A stretch of 64,000 bases of DNA from Candidatus Latescibacterota bacterium (GCA_965198115.1 OZ240241.1:6336001-6400000); one strand, 5' to 3'; counted from the stretch's first letter, positions 41,521 through 53,873 are shown. Numbers and translations: made by a program. Notes: a model not told the origin generated them from the letters alone.

Positions 41521-42081
41521 TCAGCGGCACCAGCTTGACGTAGGCTGCGTTGGCGATGGCGCAGCGGGCCTTGTCTCCCCGTCACGGTCGGTCTCCACCC
41601 AGCTCGGCTGCGCCAGCTCGAGGTCGGCGCCGGTGAGATCCGTGATCTGCCAGAAGCACTCACTCAGCTCCTCGCCGCCGGTGTGCGCGCTCCAGTCCGC
41701 CACCGGGTCCTGCGGATGCGGCTGCGTCGGTAGATGCAGTATCGAGAACACCGGATCCCCGGCGAATCGGACCAGGAGCTGTGCCGGGCCGCCTTCGCCG
41801 TGGAGATCAAAATACCAGGGCTTCAGGCGCCATACCCCGATCGATACGGCGTGCCATCCGCGGGCCGGGACGGAAAGGCGCACCGGCGGCGCCTCGGTCT
41901 CCTGTCCGGCCACGATTGCGGTGCCCGACAGGCGGTCGCTGTGATAGGGCAGGACCCGCCACTGGCGAAAGGCTGCATCGGACGCCAGGGCCGACTGGGG
42001 GCGACAGCGATCCATGGCGGTCAGGTAGGCGGGCTCACTGCGCAACCACCGGTCGGCATAGCAATCGATCGGTTCACTCAT
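41521..42081 (-). pseudogene. N-terminal part of larger gene, truncated at IS3 fragment
   Basis: ATG downstream of the 42112 gene; frameshifted and ends at the IS junction. Confidence 0.5.
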
Positions 42082-42111
42082 GGCCGGTCTTACTGGCTGG
42101 CAACGGAGACG

Positions 42112-43476
42112 CTACGAGAACCAGAGCGAGAAGACCTCGGCGTTTCGTAGACTCAACCGCACGCTCCGGTTCTCGTTGTGGTTGTCCTTCGAAGCAGGAC
42201 TTCGCCACTTGATTGTGTGATCGAGCGAGTCGCCGTCGAACGGGAGGCACGTGTCGCGTTCGAATCCCGGTACTACCGTTCCCGCCTCATTCAGCAGCTC
42301 CGCAGTGATCTGACCCCTTGATGCGTCGGCGTTGACGTGGAGCTGGTTGCCGGCGGGTATGGGCACGGAGACGAGTTCGCCTCCCCCGTCAGCGGCTCGA
42401 AGCCCTACCAATCTATCCCTTTGCCAACTCGCCAGGCCGACGGCCCGCTTCCAGTCGCCCTTCTTCTGTGCACCGTGAGGATGGTCCATGGCGAAGTAGT
42501 AAAGTCTGAGCTCGTCGCCGTCCTCGACGAAGGATTTGGCCGAGCGAATGAAGCCGCCGTCCCACTCGCCGCGCCTGCCCATCTCCAGAATGCGCCCGCG
42601 ATCTCCGACCCGCTCCCAGGTCTGGCCGTCCCGGCTGCTGATGAGCTGGACGTCAACGACTCCCTGGTTGTTCAGCCCGAGCGTGCCCATGGCATCGGTC
42701 GAGCGCAGGATGTCCATGAAGCCGAGGAGTAGGGAGCCATACCTGAATATCGGGATGCCGTAGATCTCCGAGGCCTTGTCCGGATTACCGTTGGTCCACG
42801 CGTCGTCGATCTGGTCGGGGATCACGGCTGGAAGAGGCAGCGTCCAGTCGTAGGCGTCCGCGCTCACGGTCCTGCTCTGAATGCGGATTCGACGGCCCCG
42901 GACCTCGAGGTATTGCTTGACCATGCCGCGAAAGAGCTTGTCGCGCTCGTCGTACGTATAAAATCCGACATCGCCGAAGCGGGGAATCACCGGCTCCGAC
43001 GACCATTCCGTCCAGTTCAGCCCGTCGTCGGAAAAACGGACGTGGTGGCCGGGCCCGCTGAACGACAACAGCGTGTAGCGCCGGCCCGGCCCCAACTGGG
43101 GGGTGCTCATCACGTTCGAGTACTGGTGGGGGCGGCTCTCAGGATCGAGGAAAACGTTGTTTCTGGTTGATCCTTCAGGGTCGGTGAACTGACCCAGAGA
43201 CGGCAAGCGCCACTCGACTCCGTCGTCGCTCTCGGCGTACATATGCCACAGGCGGCCCTTGTTGTGGCCGTGCTGCCCGACGCCCGATCCGTACCACATG
43301 CGGTAGACGCCCTCCTCCTTCAACACAGTACCGAGTATGGACTGGCCTGATTCCCACTTGCGGTCGCACCTCAGGACCGGGTTGCACTCGAACTTCTCGC
43401 CCGGGTGGATACGGCGCTGCATGCCTTCCATCGATTGGACCTGAGCGTCGTCGATAAAGAGGACTCTATCTGTCAT
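42112..43476 (-). CDS. GH32/GH43-like five-bladed propeller hydrolase
   Basis: LFIDD, NPVL, YRMWY, AESDDGVEW, SRDGQTW, LHVNADA. Confidence 0.7.
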   Translation of the reverse strand: MTDRVLFIDDAQVQSMEGMQRRIHPGEKFECNPVLRCDRKWESGQSILGTVLKEEGVYRMWYGSGVGQHGHNKGRLWHMYAESDDGVEWRLPSLGQFTDPEGSTRNNVFLDPESRPHQYSNVMSTPQLGPGRRYTLLSFSGPGHHVRFSDDGLNWTEWSSEPVIPRFGDVGFYTYDERDKLFRGMVKQYLEVRGRRIRIQSRTVSADAYDWTLPLPAVIPDQIDDAWTNGNPDKASEIYGIPIFRYGSLLLGFMDILRSTDAMGTLGLNNQGVVDVQLISSRDGQTWERVGDRGRILEMGRRGEWDGGFIRSAKSFVEDGDELRLYYFAMDHPHGAQKKGDWKRAVGLASWQRDRLVGLRAADGGGELVSVPIPAGNQLHVNADASRGQITAELLNEAGTVVPGFERDTCLPFDGDSLDHTIKWRSPASKDNHNENRSVRLSLRNAEVFSLWFS

Positions 43477-44846
43477 CGCTCCCACCATAGGGAGAAAAGC
43501 TCGGCATCTCTCAGCGTCAGGTGAATGTGTACCGTTCGATCTGCGAGCGACGAGAGGTCGCCCGCGCTCCATTCGACTGCATGGTCGAGAGCGTCGCTGT
43601 CTGTGAGCGCGTTGCAGTCAGCGGTCGAGAAGCCTTCTATGGCTGACCCATCTTCGTCGAGAAGCGCGGCGGTCACCTGCCCTCTCGAGGCGTCGGCATT
43701 GATGTGCAGCCGGCCTGAGGCAGCAGTCGCCGCGGTCTCGACGACGCCGTCGCCACGGGCAGCCAGTCCGACGAGCCTGTCGAGCGGCCAGGATGCTGTG
43801 CCGATACTCTTCGACCACTTGCTTCGCGCCAAGGCGTCGGGCGTCCTCTGGCAGCCAGTGTAGTACGCGACGACCCTGTCTCCGTCTTCGACCAGCGAGT
43901 TACCCATCCACACGAGCCCACTATCCCACGACGCGTCGTCGCTGCCTCGCTCGATGATTGGGTGCCGGTCTCCCACGCGATGCCAGGTTTTGCCGTCTCT
44001 GCTGGACACGAGCTGGACGTCCATCTCGCCGTCGAATCCGTCGCCGACGACGTGGCCGCGGAGCACCTGGAGGAAGCCCAGCAGCACCGGGCCATATCGG
44101 GCGATCGGCATGGCAGGGAAGAGGGTCCTCTTTTCGGACTCGCTGCCGGCCCATTCCGTATCCGCCTCATCGGGCGTCAGCACCGGGCGGGGGAGTGACC
44201 ACTCGAGCGCATCCGCGCTCTGCGTCGAGAACAAGTGCGGATCGGATGCGTCCCAGGCGATCATTCCGCGAAAGGACTCGTCGACCTCGTCGTAGATGAA
44301 GCACCCGCGCTCGCCAAAACCGGGGATGACCGGTGTCTGCGGCCCGTCACGCCAGCGCAGCCCGTCGTCGGAGTAGGCGACGAAGTGGCCGTTGTAGGGC
44401 AGGTCGTAGCCTACCCCATACGAGAGCATCGTGTAAGTGTGGCCGTCAGACGCGTGAGGGCTATGCAGCACGGAAGAGTTGATGTCTTTGCTGAACGCCG
44501 GTCTGACGAAGGCGATGTTGTTCGCGACCGAACCGGTCGAATCTTCCGTCATGCCGAGCGCGGGCTTCGACCACGCGAGACCGTCGTCGCTTTCGGCGTA
44601 GAGATGTAGGGAACGGATGAAGGTGTCGATCCCGTCAGGGTCCGGAACGGTGGCGTAGGTTTGGTACCACATCCGGTACCGCTCGGCCTCCTTGCGGACA
44701 GTACCCAGGGTTGTCTCGGACCCCTCCCAGTCACGGTCGGAGGTGACAACCGGGTTCCCATCGTACTTGCGGGCGGGGTGGATGCGGCGCTCGACGTCCC
44801 TCATCGAGGTGATTTGGGCATCGTCGATGAAGAGGAATTTGTTCAT
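43473..44846 (-). CDS. GH32/GH43-like propeller hydrolase (tandem paralog)
   Basis: Same motif order as 42112..43476; ATGA overlap. Confidence 0.7.
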   Translation of the reverse strand: MNKFLFIDDAQITSMRDVERRIHPARKYDGNPVVTSDRDWEGSETTLGTVRKEAERYRMWYQTYATVPDPDGIDTFIRSLHLYAESDDGLAWSKPALGMTEDSTGSVANNIAFVRPAFSKDINSSVLHSPHASDGHTYTMLSYGVGYDLPYNGHFVAYSDDGLRWRDGPQTPVIPGFGERGCFIYDEVDESFRGMIAWDASDPHLFSTQSADALEWSLPRPVLTPDEADTEWAGSESEKRTLFPAMPIARYGPVLLGFLQVLRGHVVGDGFDGEMDVQLVSSRDGKTWHRVGDRHPIIERGSDDASWDSGLVWMGNSLVEDGDRVVAYYTGCQRTPDALARSKWSKSIGTASWPLDRLVGLAARGDGVVETAATAASGRLHINADASRGQVTAALLDEDGSAIEGFSTADCNALTDSDALDHAVEWSAGDLSSLADRTVHIHLTLRDAELFSLWWER

Positions 44847-44961
44847 CGTGGTTTGGATTCATTTGGCATTAGTTGCCACCCAAGGGCGCGGCCCGAAGAG
44901 AATATGCGCACAGTCTGATTGAGGATAAGCGATCATGAAAAAGGGCAAAACCGAAAACATC

Positions 44962-45060
44962 CGCGATGCCCCTTTCGTCTGCACCCCCCCGCTTCGCCAA
45001 AACCTGAGCTCGATTCCCTTGTCAGGCTACGTGAGAACGCCGTTTATTCTTCCTATCCGC
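44962..45060 (+). repeat. oriIS-like repeat, family 1 copy 3 (internal deletion derivative)
   Basis: Matches 23412-23433 joined to 23521-23596. Confidence 0.85.
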
Positions 45061-45088
45061 GGTTGTTGCACACTGAGGGGAAACACCT

Positions 45089-45850
45089 ATGACCGACGAT
45101 CTGGATCCCAGAAGGCACCTCGAGCTCGAAGGTACTGTCAACACGAGAGATGTCGGCGGCTACGCGACCGCAGACGGGCGCCAGACGCGCTGGGGCCAAC
45201 TGCTCCGGTCCGACTCTCTGCACGAGCTCTCGCCGGCGTCACAGCAGACCCTGATCGACTTCGGCCTGCGCTCCGTTCTGGATCTGCGCAAGAGCCGGGA
45301 GATGCAGGAGAAGCGCAACGCCTTCTTCGGCTCGGACCAGGGGGTGACCTACTACCACCAGAACATGGTCGGCGACACCCTGATCCGGGAGCGCGAGGAC
45401 ATCCCCAAGGGGCTGGACTACGTCGAGCACATGCGGTGGTCCTACTCGGTGGTCCTGGACCGGCGCAAGTCGCACATCCACGACACGCTGGTGCTGCTGT
45501 CGCAGGAGGGTACTCTGCCCGCCCTCGTGCACTGCGCCGGCGGCACCGAGCGGACCGGCCTCATCGTCGGCCTCGTCCTCGGGATCGTCGGGGTGCCGGA
45601 CGAGACCATCGCCGAGGACTTCGCCCTCACTGCCCGCCTCACCTACGACCAGCATCTGAAGACCCATCCGGAAGTCGACGCCGACAGCTACAGCCTGCAG
45701 GATCACCAGGATCGCGTGTGCCGTCCCGATACCATGCTGGCCGTGCTGCGTACCCTGGAGGAGCGCTACTGCGGCGTCGTCGGCTACGCGCGCAACATCG
45801 GCATGAGCGAAGCGCAGATCGAGGCGCTGCGCGAGGCCATGGTCGAGTAG
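45089..45850 (+). CDS. Tyrosine-protein phosphatase (Y_phosphatase3/PtpB-like)
   Basis: NTRDVGG, LLRSD, VLDLR, LVHCAGGTERTG. Confidence 0.85.
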   Translation: MTDDLDPRRHLELEGTVNTRDVGGYATADGRQTRWGQLLRSDSLHELSPASQQTLIDFGLRSVLDLRKSREMQEKRNAFFGSDQGVTYYHQNMVGDTLIREREDIPKGLDYVEHMRWSYSVVLDRRKSHIHDTLVLLSQEGTLPALVHCAGGTERTGLIVGLVLGIVGVPDETIAEDFALTARLTYDQHLKTHPEVDADSYSLQDHQDRVCRPDTMLAVLRTLEERYCGVVGYARNIGMSEAQIEALREAMVE

Positions 45851-45910
45851 CCCCGATGAAAGTCACCGCAGTCGACCTGACCCCGGAAGCTTTGGTAACT
45901 GGTAGATCAG

Positions 45911-46380
45911 TCACGCAGAAAACTCCCACACGTCACTCCAGTCCAATCAAATACCGGAGGCGGCTTTCGCCCGCACACGCCAGTAGTAGGTGCGGCCGTG
46001 GATCAGCCAACCCTGCGGGATTTCCCAACTTGCGATGTTTGAAAAAGTGAAGCGGTCAAGGCTAGGCGATACCGGATACAGCATGTCCTTTCGGGGCGAT
46101 ACTTGGACGTGGTACGTTTCTACGGGTGTGTCGAGCGCAACCCATTCAAGAAGCGAGCGACCAGTCTGTGCAGGGCTGCTCGGCGGTACGGTGGCTTCTG
46201 GATGCATCGGTTTGGGTGCGTCCGAGTTCTCTGCCCAGCAGTGAGTAATCAAGACCTTGCCGGGCCGGAGGGAATCGTCGGTGTAAGAGACGGTGTTGTC
46301 TCCGCAGGAGAGGGCAGGCAGTGACGTCTCTGCCATTTGCAGGTCAATGCTGATTCCTATAGCGGTCAGAGAAATGTCGT
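45911..46380 (-). pseudogene. C-terminal FN3-like stump of larger gene with premature stop
   Basis: YHVQVS...TYYWRVRA...GI*LDWSDVWEFSA*. Confidence 0.5.
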
Positions 46381-46414
46381 CGGGGGTTAGCCCCGGGTTG
46401 GAGGATGATCCTTA

Positions 46415-47676
46415 GTACTCCTGTTCGCAAATACGGTGACGTATTCTAAGCAGACTTTGCCAAGGGCGTATCGTAGAACCTGAGTTTGTCGATCATCTCC
46501 GCGAGATCTGTTCGTGTGAACTTCCATTTGAAGGGTGTGGCGATACGTCCGTAGCGTTCCTGAAAACCGAGGATTCTTGCCTCAAGCTCTTCGAGCGATG
46601 CAAATTCGATAGGTGTCAGAGCCTTGCGTTTGAGGATCGAGAAGTAGATCTCGATCTGATTGAGCCAGCTTGCGTGGATCGGAAGGTGAACGGGGTGGAT
46701 GTTTGGCCACTTCCCCTGGATACGGTCGATGCATGTTTGCCCTCGGTGCGAGGAGCCATTATCCACGATGAGGTAGACTTTCTTTGCCGAGCAATAGGGT
46801 TTCCGGCTCATGATCAGGCTCAGGAGCCGGTTGAAGGGCTCGATACCCGAAGAAGACTCACAGAGACCGAAGATTCGACCATTGTGCACGTCGAGAGCAG
46901 CCAGATAGGCCAGGGCTCCTTTCCGCTCGTATTCGTGTTTCAACGCGTGCCGCTCTGTTCGAGGCTGGCGGTAGGGTAACGTGCTTGCGAGCTCGTGCTT
47001 GAATACTGGTCTTTTCGTCGGCAGAAAGTACATATTCCCTCGGCCCTAAAGGCTTTCCTTGCCATTGGCGGTGATACAGATCAAGGACTCTACCTGCTTT
47101 GGTTTGGAAGTCCGGGTCCCGTGGGAAAATCCAGGAGCGATGATACCAAGGACGAATCGCGTCCTCGTTCAACCAGCGCCAGACAGTGGCGCCGCTGATC
47201 TTGGCAACGAAGCCCCTTTGCACTGCCTCGGCGGCAATCTCGGAACAGCTGAACCGCGAGAGCGGTATCCCGCTCTCGCTCGGTAGTTCACACGCCAGCG
47301 CCTTGATCTGAACGACCACCTGAGGGGGGAAAACCGGGCGGGCGCCCGGGACGAGATCTATCTTCGAGTCCCGAAAGACGCTCTTCGAAAAAGCGCTTAC
47401 GCCATTTGCTTACGATCGGACGCGGGACATCCAACCGTTGGGCGATACTCTTGTTGGATAATCCCTCGGCGGCGAGAAGCACGATTTTCGATCGGATCAC
47501 TTGATAATACGGTAACGTATATTGTCCAGCCATTCGCTCGAGGTCGACCCGTTCCTTCTCAGACAGTAGCACCACATAAGGCGAACGTCTTGGCATTGTT
47601 CTCCTCCTTTTGAAGGAGAACATAAGCTACAAATAATGTTCAAGACATACGTAATAATGTTTATGAAACCATGCAC
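46415..47676 (-). mobile_element. IS630-family element (orfA 47596-47288, orfB, one extra frameshift)
   Basis: HTH orfA; DEKT, VDNGSSH, ASWLNQIEIYF; TTA direct repeat at 46412-14 and 47677-79. Confidence 0.9.
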
Positions 47677-47679
47677 TTA

Positions 47680-48150
47680 GGAAAATGCCGGTATACCTTC
47701 TTTAAATGGGAGGCGTACATACCCGGTTCCATCCATAACCGAAACATCGTCCAAGAGGACAGCCCGTTTTCGAACGCCATCCTTTGTTCTGGCCTGAATC
47801 GTCTCTTGCTGAAATGGGCCCGCTGGATAAAGGCCCGGTCGATCGGATTTCTGAGCGTCATCGTCAGTTTTAACATTGGGCAAATCCCGTTCAATCCTCT
47901 CCAAGGCGCGCTCAACCAGCATATATGAATTCGTCGTCTCGCCTATCGCCCGCTGGTCCGACCAATCGGAGAAATAAGTCCGCTCATACCACTGTAAACC
48001 TTGGCAGTAATCCGACACGAAGAACTTCACATTATCCAAGTGTTCCGGAACATAGACATCAGGGTGCTCCTTGTATACGTTCCATAGCCACGATGACGCG
48101 CACTTGGCGGCGCCTATATGCAGAAAATTTGGTAGTATGGCATCCTCTCT
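47680..48150 (-). pseudogene. Sulfotransferase, frameshifted and truncated by IS630
   Basis: LPNFLHIGAAKCASSWL, LRNPIDRA. Confidence 0.8.
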
Positions 48151-48154
48151 CTTC

Positions 48155-48912
48155 TCAATTCCAGTGACTCAGATCCCTTTCTGTAATCTCCTGGACAGCC
48201 TCGATGTCTTCTCTAAAGAGCGCCTGTAGTTGCGCCCTTACTCCGTCCGGCATACCTTTTTCGATCAAGCCCTTGTGGTCAGCTCCCCGGTCACCCGGAA
48301 ACCCTACCATACGATCAAGAATAGTAGGCTTGAAGTCGCAGTCCACATCCAGGAACTCGAGGAATGTCCGCAAGAAATCACGCGGATTCTTAACTAAGTC
48401 GTCATAAAGCATGACCAGCACGCGATCCTTTGGAAAACACCGAAAGACATTTTCAAGTGCATAGCATACATGCTGGGCTCCATCCCATATCGAAACCACG
48501 CCCACCCGTGCGGTTTCAAGGCATCCTCAAATGCCAACCTTTGTTCGGGGCCGAATCCTCGTCTATAGTGAAGATGCACCCACGCAACATATGACCGTTC
48601 AACCGGGTTCCGCAGCGTCATCGTCAGCCTGACATCCGGCAGATCCCTTGCGATCCGCTCCAGCGCCGGTTCCGAAACCATGTAGGAGTTGCTTGTCTCC
48701 CCCAGGACCCTTTCACCAGCCCAGTGACCGAAGTAGGTTTTCTTGTACCAATCGAAACCCCGGTGATAGTCTTCTAGAAAAAAGCTCGGGTTGCCCACAT
48801 CGGTTGGGACGCACATCTCAGGATGTTCCTGGTAGGCGCGCCATAGCCACGTAGACGCACACTTGGCTGCACCGATATGCAAGAAGTTTGGCAGCAAGTC
48901 TCTTTTCCTCAC
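48155..48912 (-). CDS. Sulfotransferase (frameshift near 48450)
   Basis: LPNFLHIGAAKCASTWL (5'-PSB), LRNPVERSY (3'-PB), LYDDL. Confidence 0.8.
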
Positions 48913-49072
48913 GAATGTTCGGCTGACGGTGCGGAATGGTCGGGTTTCAACGACAGAGCGCCGACAGTCTGAATCTACCTTTGGCCGCGTCGTCCATCAA
49001 CCGCCCCGCCGTACTGCCAGAGGGCGTATCCTACTTGTAGCCCATCTCAGACCGATGAAGGAAGGAGACGGC

Positions 49073-49999
49073 GTGTCATTCGACCTGACGATCCCGATCG
49101 CTGAGCTTTCCGACCAGGGATATACGGTGATCGAGGGCATGCTCGGCGAGAGTGAGCTGGAGGAGGTGCGCGCGGCCCTCGAACAGGCGGCAGAGCAGGA
49201 CCGGAAGAATCCCTTCGATCCCGGGGAAACCGAGACCTTGGATGGCGATGCGGCCATCGAGGCATTCCTGGCCGAAAGCTACTCGATCAGTAAACAAGAG
49301 CTGCGCCGCATTATGCGTCAGATTCGCCACACCAGGGCACAAAACTACGGCACTCCGTGGCCGCTGCCGATCGCGGAAGTGCCCAGGAATTTCGTCCAGT
49401 TGGCGAATTTCACGGAGGACGGTACGCAGTACGTAAGGAACCTGCCGGTCAAAAACGAGCTCTTCCTGAAGCTGATGGAGGACGCGAGAGTGCTGGCCCT
49501 TACGAGGAGCGTCCTGGGTGACGACTGTATCCTCTCCGACCTCTCCGCCAACATTCTCGGGCCTCATACCGCGGGCCAATCGTGGCACGTAGATGCCCCT
49601 CTGCAACAGTTGCCGGACCCCCTGCCTGAATTCGCCCTCACGACTCAGAGCGTCTGGATGATCGACGATTTCACCCATGAGAATGGGGCGACCCGCCTGG
49701 TACCCGGTAGCCACCGAAAGCGCAGGAAGCCCACGTGGGTGAATGAGGTCATGGAAGACGAGATATCGCTCGAAGCCCCGGCGGGGTCCTTGGCGATTTG
49801 GAGCTCGAACACCTGGCACAGGGCAGGCGCCAACACGACCGACCGATGTCGGCGGGCGGTCTTGGGCTACTACGCACGATCGTGGGTCAAACCCTTCACC
49901 GACTACCGGCCAAGTATCACGTCGGAGATGGCAGAGCGGATGTCGCCTACGGCGCGGTACCTCCTTGGCTTTTCCTCGAATGCCGTGCCCCGCGCGTGA
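49073..49999 (+). CDS. PhyH-family dioxygenase
   Basis: QSWHVD, DDFTHENGATRLVPGSH, WHRAGANTT. Confidence 0.9.
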   Translation: MSFDLTIPIAELSDQGYTVIEGMLGESELEEVRAALEQAAEQDRKNPFDPGETETLDGDAAIEAFLAESYSISKQELRRIMRQIRHTRAQNYGTPWPLPIAEVPRNFVQLANFTEDGTQYVRNLPVKNELFLKLMEDARVLALTRSVLGDDCILSDLSANILGPHTAGQSWHVDAPLQQLPDPLPEFALTTQSVWMIDDFTHENGATRLVPGSHRKRRKPTWVNEVMEDEISLEAPAGSLAIWSSNTWHRAGANTTDRCRRAVLGYYARSWVKPFTDYRPSITSEMAERMSPTARYLLGFSSNAVPRA

Positions 50000-50172
50000 A
50001 AGTCGAGTGTCGGGGCCTGCGTCGTTTGGGTGTTCTGTTGATCGAGGTTGGACCGTGCGTGCACTTTGCGCATACTTGACCGTGCGACCGAGAAAGCTCT
50101 TTTTATTTTGAACTTGTGGGTTTTCAGGAAGCTGGGGGAAGTAGAAGACTTTAGCCTGTCCAGAGACGCCAA

Positions 50173-51202
50173 ATGAAGGCAACGTGCAAAATGGATTCCA
50201 GATGCACCGAGCTGAAGCTGCCGGAAGGCATGTCGGCTTCGATGGTGCGTTTGGGGAACGGGAACCTGCTCACTGTAAAGGACAATGCCGTTTTCACGAG
50301 CGGAGATGACGGCAAGTCGTGGTCTGAGAGGGGGCCTGTGTACACGGGCAAGAGACCGGGCATCCCCGGCTCGGGCCTGCTGCTTCAGACCCGCGACGAC
50401 TGGACGATCCTCCTCTACCTGGACTCGAGCAGTCGCATCTGGAGCTGGGATGACGAGACCGGCCAGGCCGACCCCAACGCGCGGCTCGACGTGTGGTCGT
50501 TGCGCAGTCCCGACGGCGGCGAGACCTGGATGGACCGCCAGCGGATCATGGAGGGGTACTGCGGCGCCCTCATCACCGCGGTGCAGATGGGCAGAGGCAA
50601 CATCGTCGTCCCAGTGCAGATCTTGCTGCGGGATCCGGACCGGCATGCCACAATGTCGTACATGTCGGAGGACGATGGCAAAACCTGGACCCACAGCAAC
50701 ATTCTCGACCTGGGCGGGCACGGGCATCACGACGGCGCCATGGAGGCCACGCTGGCAGAGTTGAAAAACGGCACCCTGCTGATGCTCCTCCGCACCAATC
50801 TGGATTATTTCTGGGCATCGTATTCCATGGACCAGGGCCGCTTGTGGCACATACTGCAGAAGTCCGCCATCGACGCCAGCAGTTCCCCGGGGTACCTGCT
50901 CCGTTTGGCCAGCGGCAGGCTGTGCCTGGTGTGGAATCGTCTCAATCCGCAGGATGGCAACGCCCCGGTCAGGAGGTCGGGCCACTACTCGCGGGCAGAG
51001 GGAAGAGTTGGCCATAGCCTTCTCCGACGACGAGGCCGAGTCGTGGTCTGACTCCCAGGTTGTCGTCACAAGCAGCGAGCCCCCCTTCCCTTGCTACCCT
51101 GTCGTTTTCGAGCACAGCCCCGGGCTGCTCTGGATTACGGCGGGCGACATGAAGTTCAGTCTGCGGGAAGGGGACTTCGTCGCGGCGGGTTCGACCCCAT
51201 GA
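50173..51202 (+). CDS. BNR sialidase-like protein (frameshift near 51000)
   Basis: Asp-boxes, GHGHHDGAME, ASGRLCLVWN. Confidence 0.8.
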
Positions 51203-52226
51203 CCCAGGACTTCACCCGTGCGCGGCGCTGGACACACCCCAAGTGTTCCAGGCTCGACCTGCCCGCCGACCTACTGGGGCCATTCGTCCTCCTCGGCGAT
51301 GGTCGGATCTTGACCATCGAGAATGGCGACACCATAGTGAGCGGCGACGACGGGGCGACCTGGTCGGAGCCGCGTGCCGGCGCTGACTTGCCGGCATTGG
51401 GACTGATGCTGCGGACCCGGGACGGTACCCTCGTTCTGGTCTACAACGACAGCAGCACCTTCAAGTGGGGCTGGGTCGACGAGACCAGCGAGCCCATAGC
51501 CAATGTGCGCGGCGATGTGTGGACCGTGCGCAGCCTGACGACGGCGAAACGTGGATCGACCGGCAGCAGATACTGGACGGGTACTGTGGCGGCCTGATCG
51601 ACATCATCGAAACCAGCGCGGGCGATATCGTCGTGCCGGTGCCGGAGTTGCTCTACAATCCGGGACGGCACGGGACCGGCGCCTATGTGTCGGCGGACCA
51701 GGGCGCGACGTGGACCCACAGCAATGTGGTCGACCTGGGGGGTCACGGCCACCACGACGGTGGCGATGAGGGCACCCTTGTAGAACTCAGCGACGGCAGG
51801 CTATTGATGCTGCTGCGCACCAGCTGGGACAGGTTCTGGGAAGTGTTCTCCGACGATGGCGGTCGCTCGTGGCGCACGTTCCGCCCCAGCCAGATCGACG
51901 CCAGCAGCGCGCCCGGGTATCTGGCGCGACTGGCCAGTGGGCGCATTGCCCTGGTCTGGAACCGACTCTACCCCCACGGCAGGAACTACCACACCCGGCG
52001 CGGCATGCAGGCATCGAGCGTGCCCGCCAGCAACCACCGCGAGGAGCTTTCCATTGCCTTCTCCGAGGACGAGGGTGAGAGCTGGACTGAGCCGCAGGTA
52101 TTCGCCGTCGACCGCGACAAAATTTCGTATCCGAAGATCTTTGAGCGCAGGCCGGGCGAGCTCTGGATCACTACCGGATTCCAGGGCGCCCTTCAGGTCA
52201 AGCTCATGGAGGACGACTTCGCCTAG
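51199..52226 (+). CDS. BNR sialidase-like protein, tandem paralog (frameshift near 51535)
   Basis: Asp-boxes, GHGHHDGGDE, REELSIAFSEDEG. Confidence 0.8.
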
Positions 52227-52243
52227 CACGCCGATGACCCTAG

Positions 52244-53872
52244 CCTGAATCATGCATGAATTTGAGTTTAGGTTGTTTTGGAGTGATGTGATCACGCACA
52301 GGATTTGTTCTCGGCTTCTTCGGATGTCCAAGGTCCCGTAAGCGGTCTCTACGAGTCGCAAGAGTCACGATTTTCGTCCGGAACAGGTGTTGTTTTGCGA
52401 CGTGTACATAGCTGTCCCCGGTATAGATCGGCGTTGTTACTGCGTGTTCGTTTCGAGCCTGGTGATGATTGACACCAAGACGTTTTTGAGTGGATACGAT
52501 GTTGGAAAATGGAATCGGATTCTTCGTGCGCTTTCAATGACTCTCGCGCCGATTTTGAGGAAACGGTTCTGTATCGTGTTGACCTGAGGTTTGGTCCACG
52601 CGGTGCCCTTGAGTCCCTGTGATCGGAGTGCGTGAAGCAAGGCGTATGCAGCACTGTGTAGAAAGAGTCGGAACTGGTTGGCTTCAAACTTGTGGCACGA
52701 TGTTCGATCGGAGTGAAGGAATGTTTTGTGGTCCTTGATGAAGCCTTCCGTGCGTCCCCTTGCGCAGTAGATACGATCATAGATAAAGCCGTCTCGATTA
52801 CTCTGTAAATTGGTCACGCGGTATCTTGGATTTGCTTCGCCGTTTGTGACTTCAGCCTTGTGAATGATCCGGCGAGGCTGCCGGTAGGTGCCAGCCTGAT
52901 ATGAGAAGGATGAGAACAAGCGAATCGTCTCCTTATGCTCGCTCAGACGTAGCGCTTGGTCCATCAGGTTTTGTCCAGCCGCTTTGAGCTTGGAGTTGGC
53001 GCCCTGGCCCAGAACGTAGTAGATACCGTTGTCTTCGCAGAAATCGTGCATCTCTGGTGAGCTGAACTTTGAGTCTGCGCGAACGATGATCTCCACGTTT
53101 GGCCAAGATCCGCGTAGGTGTTCCACCAAGCGCTTGAGAATAGAAACGACCTGTTTACCGTTCGTCGGATGCCCGGGTCTCAAGATCGTCGTAATGAGCT
53201 TGCCGCTTTGGCCTTCATAGATATGTAGCGGCATATAGCAGTGTTCATTGTAATACGCGTTGAAGAGTGAAAATTGTTGCGCACCGTGCGTTGGGTCATC
53301 CGTGTCGTCGATATCGAGAATGATGCTTGGGGGTGCCTGGTCATACGATGCGATGAACCCGTCTACAAAAGCCCGTGCGAGCCGATACAAATCCGAGCGT
53401 CGCACATCATTCTCAAGTCGTGTCATCGTTGATTGGCTCCCGAGATCAGGACCGGAAAGAGGAAGCCGATCGCAGGCAGCCTTGACGCCCGGATCGTGGC
53501 GCAAATCATCACAATCGACGGCATCTTCATAGCCGCAAGCGATCTGAAAAACACGCTGCTTCACAAGATCCAAAAGCGTGTGATCGATATAGCTTGGGTG
53601 ACGACGATCTCGCAAAGCATCTACCATTCTGGCGATCAATCCCATCTGAGACTCAAGGGCGCGAAGCAACAGAACTCCACCGTCACTCCTGACGGCGCCA
53701 CCGGCAAAATCAGCCTCAACTACCTTGCCCGAAATGCTTGCGAATGGTAACCGGATCTGACTAGGTTCTATCACGGTAGTTCCTTCCAAGTGTTGTTTTG
53801 ATGTGTCAGCCCTAATGTAGGGAAAAACAAACACTTGTACAAGGAGACTACCTTTTTTATGCATAATTCAGG
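52244..53872 (-). mobile_element. IS1380-family element (transposase 52437..about 53774)
   Basis: SDGGVLLL, GYEDAVD, LDIDDTDD, VRADS, YCARG; TIR CCTGAAT(C/T)ATGCAT; CTAG TSD. Confidence 0.95.
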
Positions 53873-53873
53873 C

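Noticed and set aside
16017-47676. The two inward-facing IS630 left ends as a 31 kb composite transposon
   Set aside because: The full copy already has its own TTA duplication on both sides, so independent insertions are simpler.
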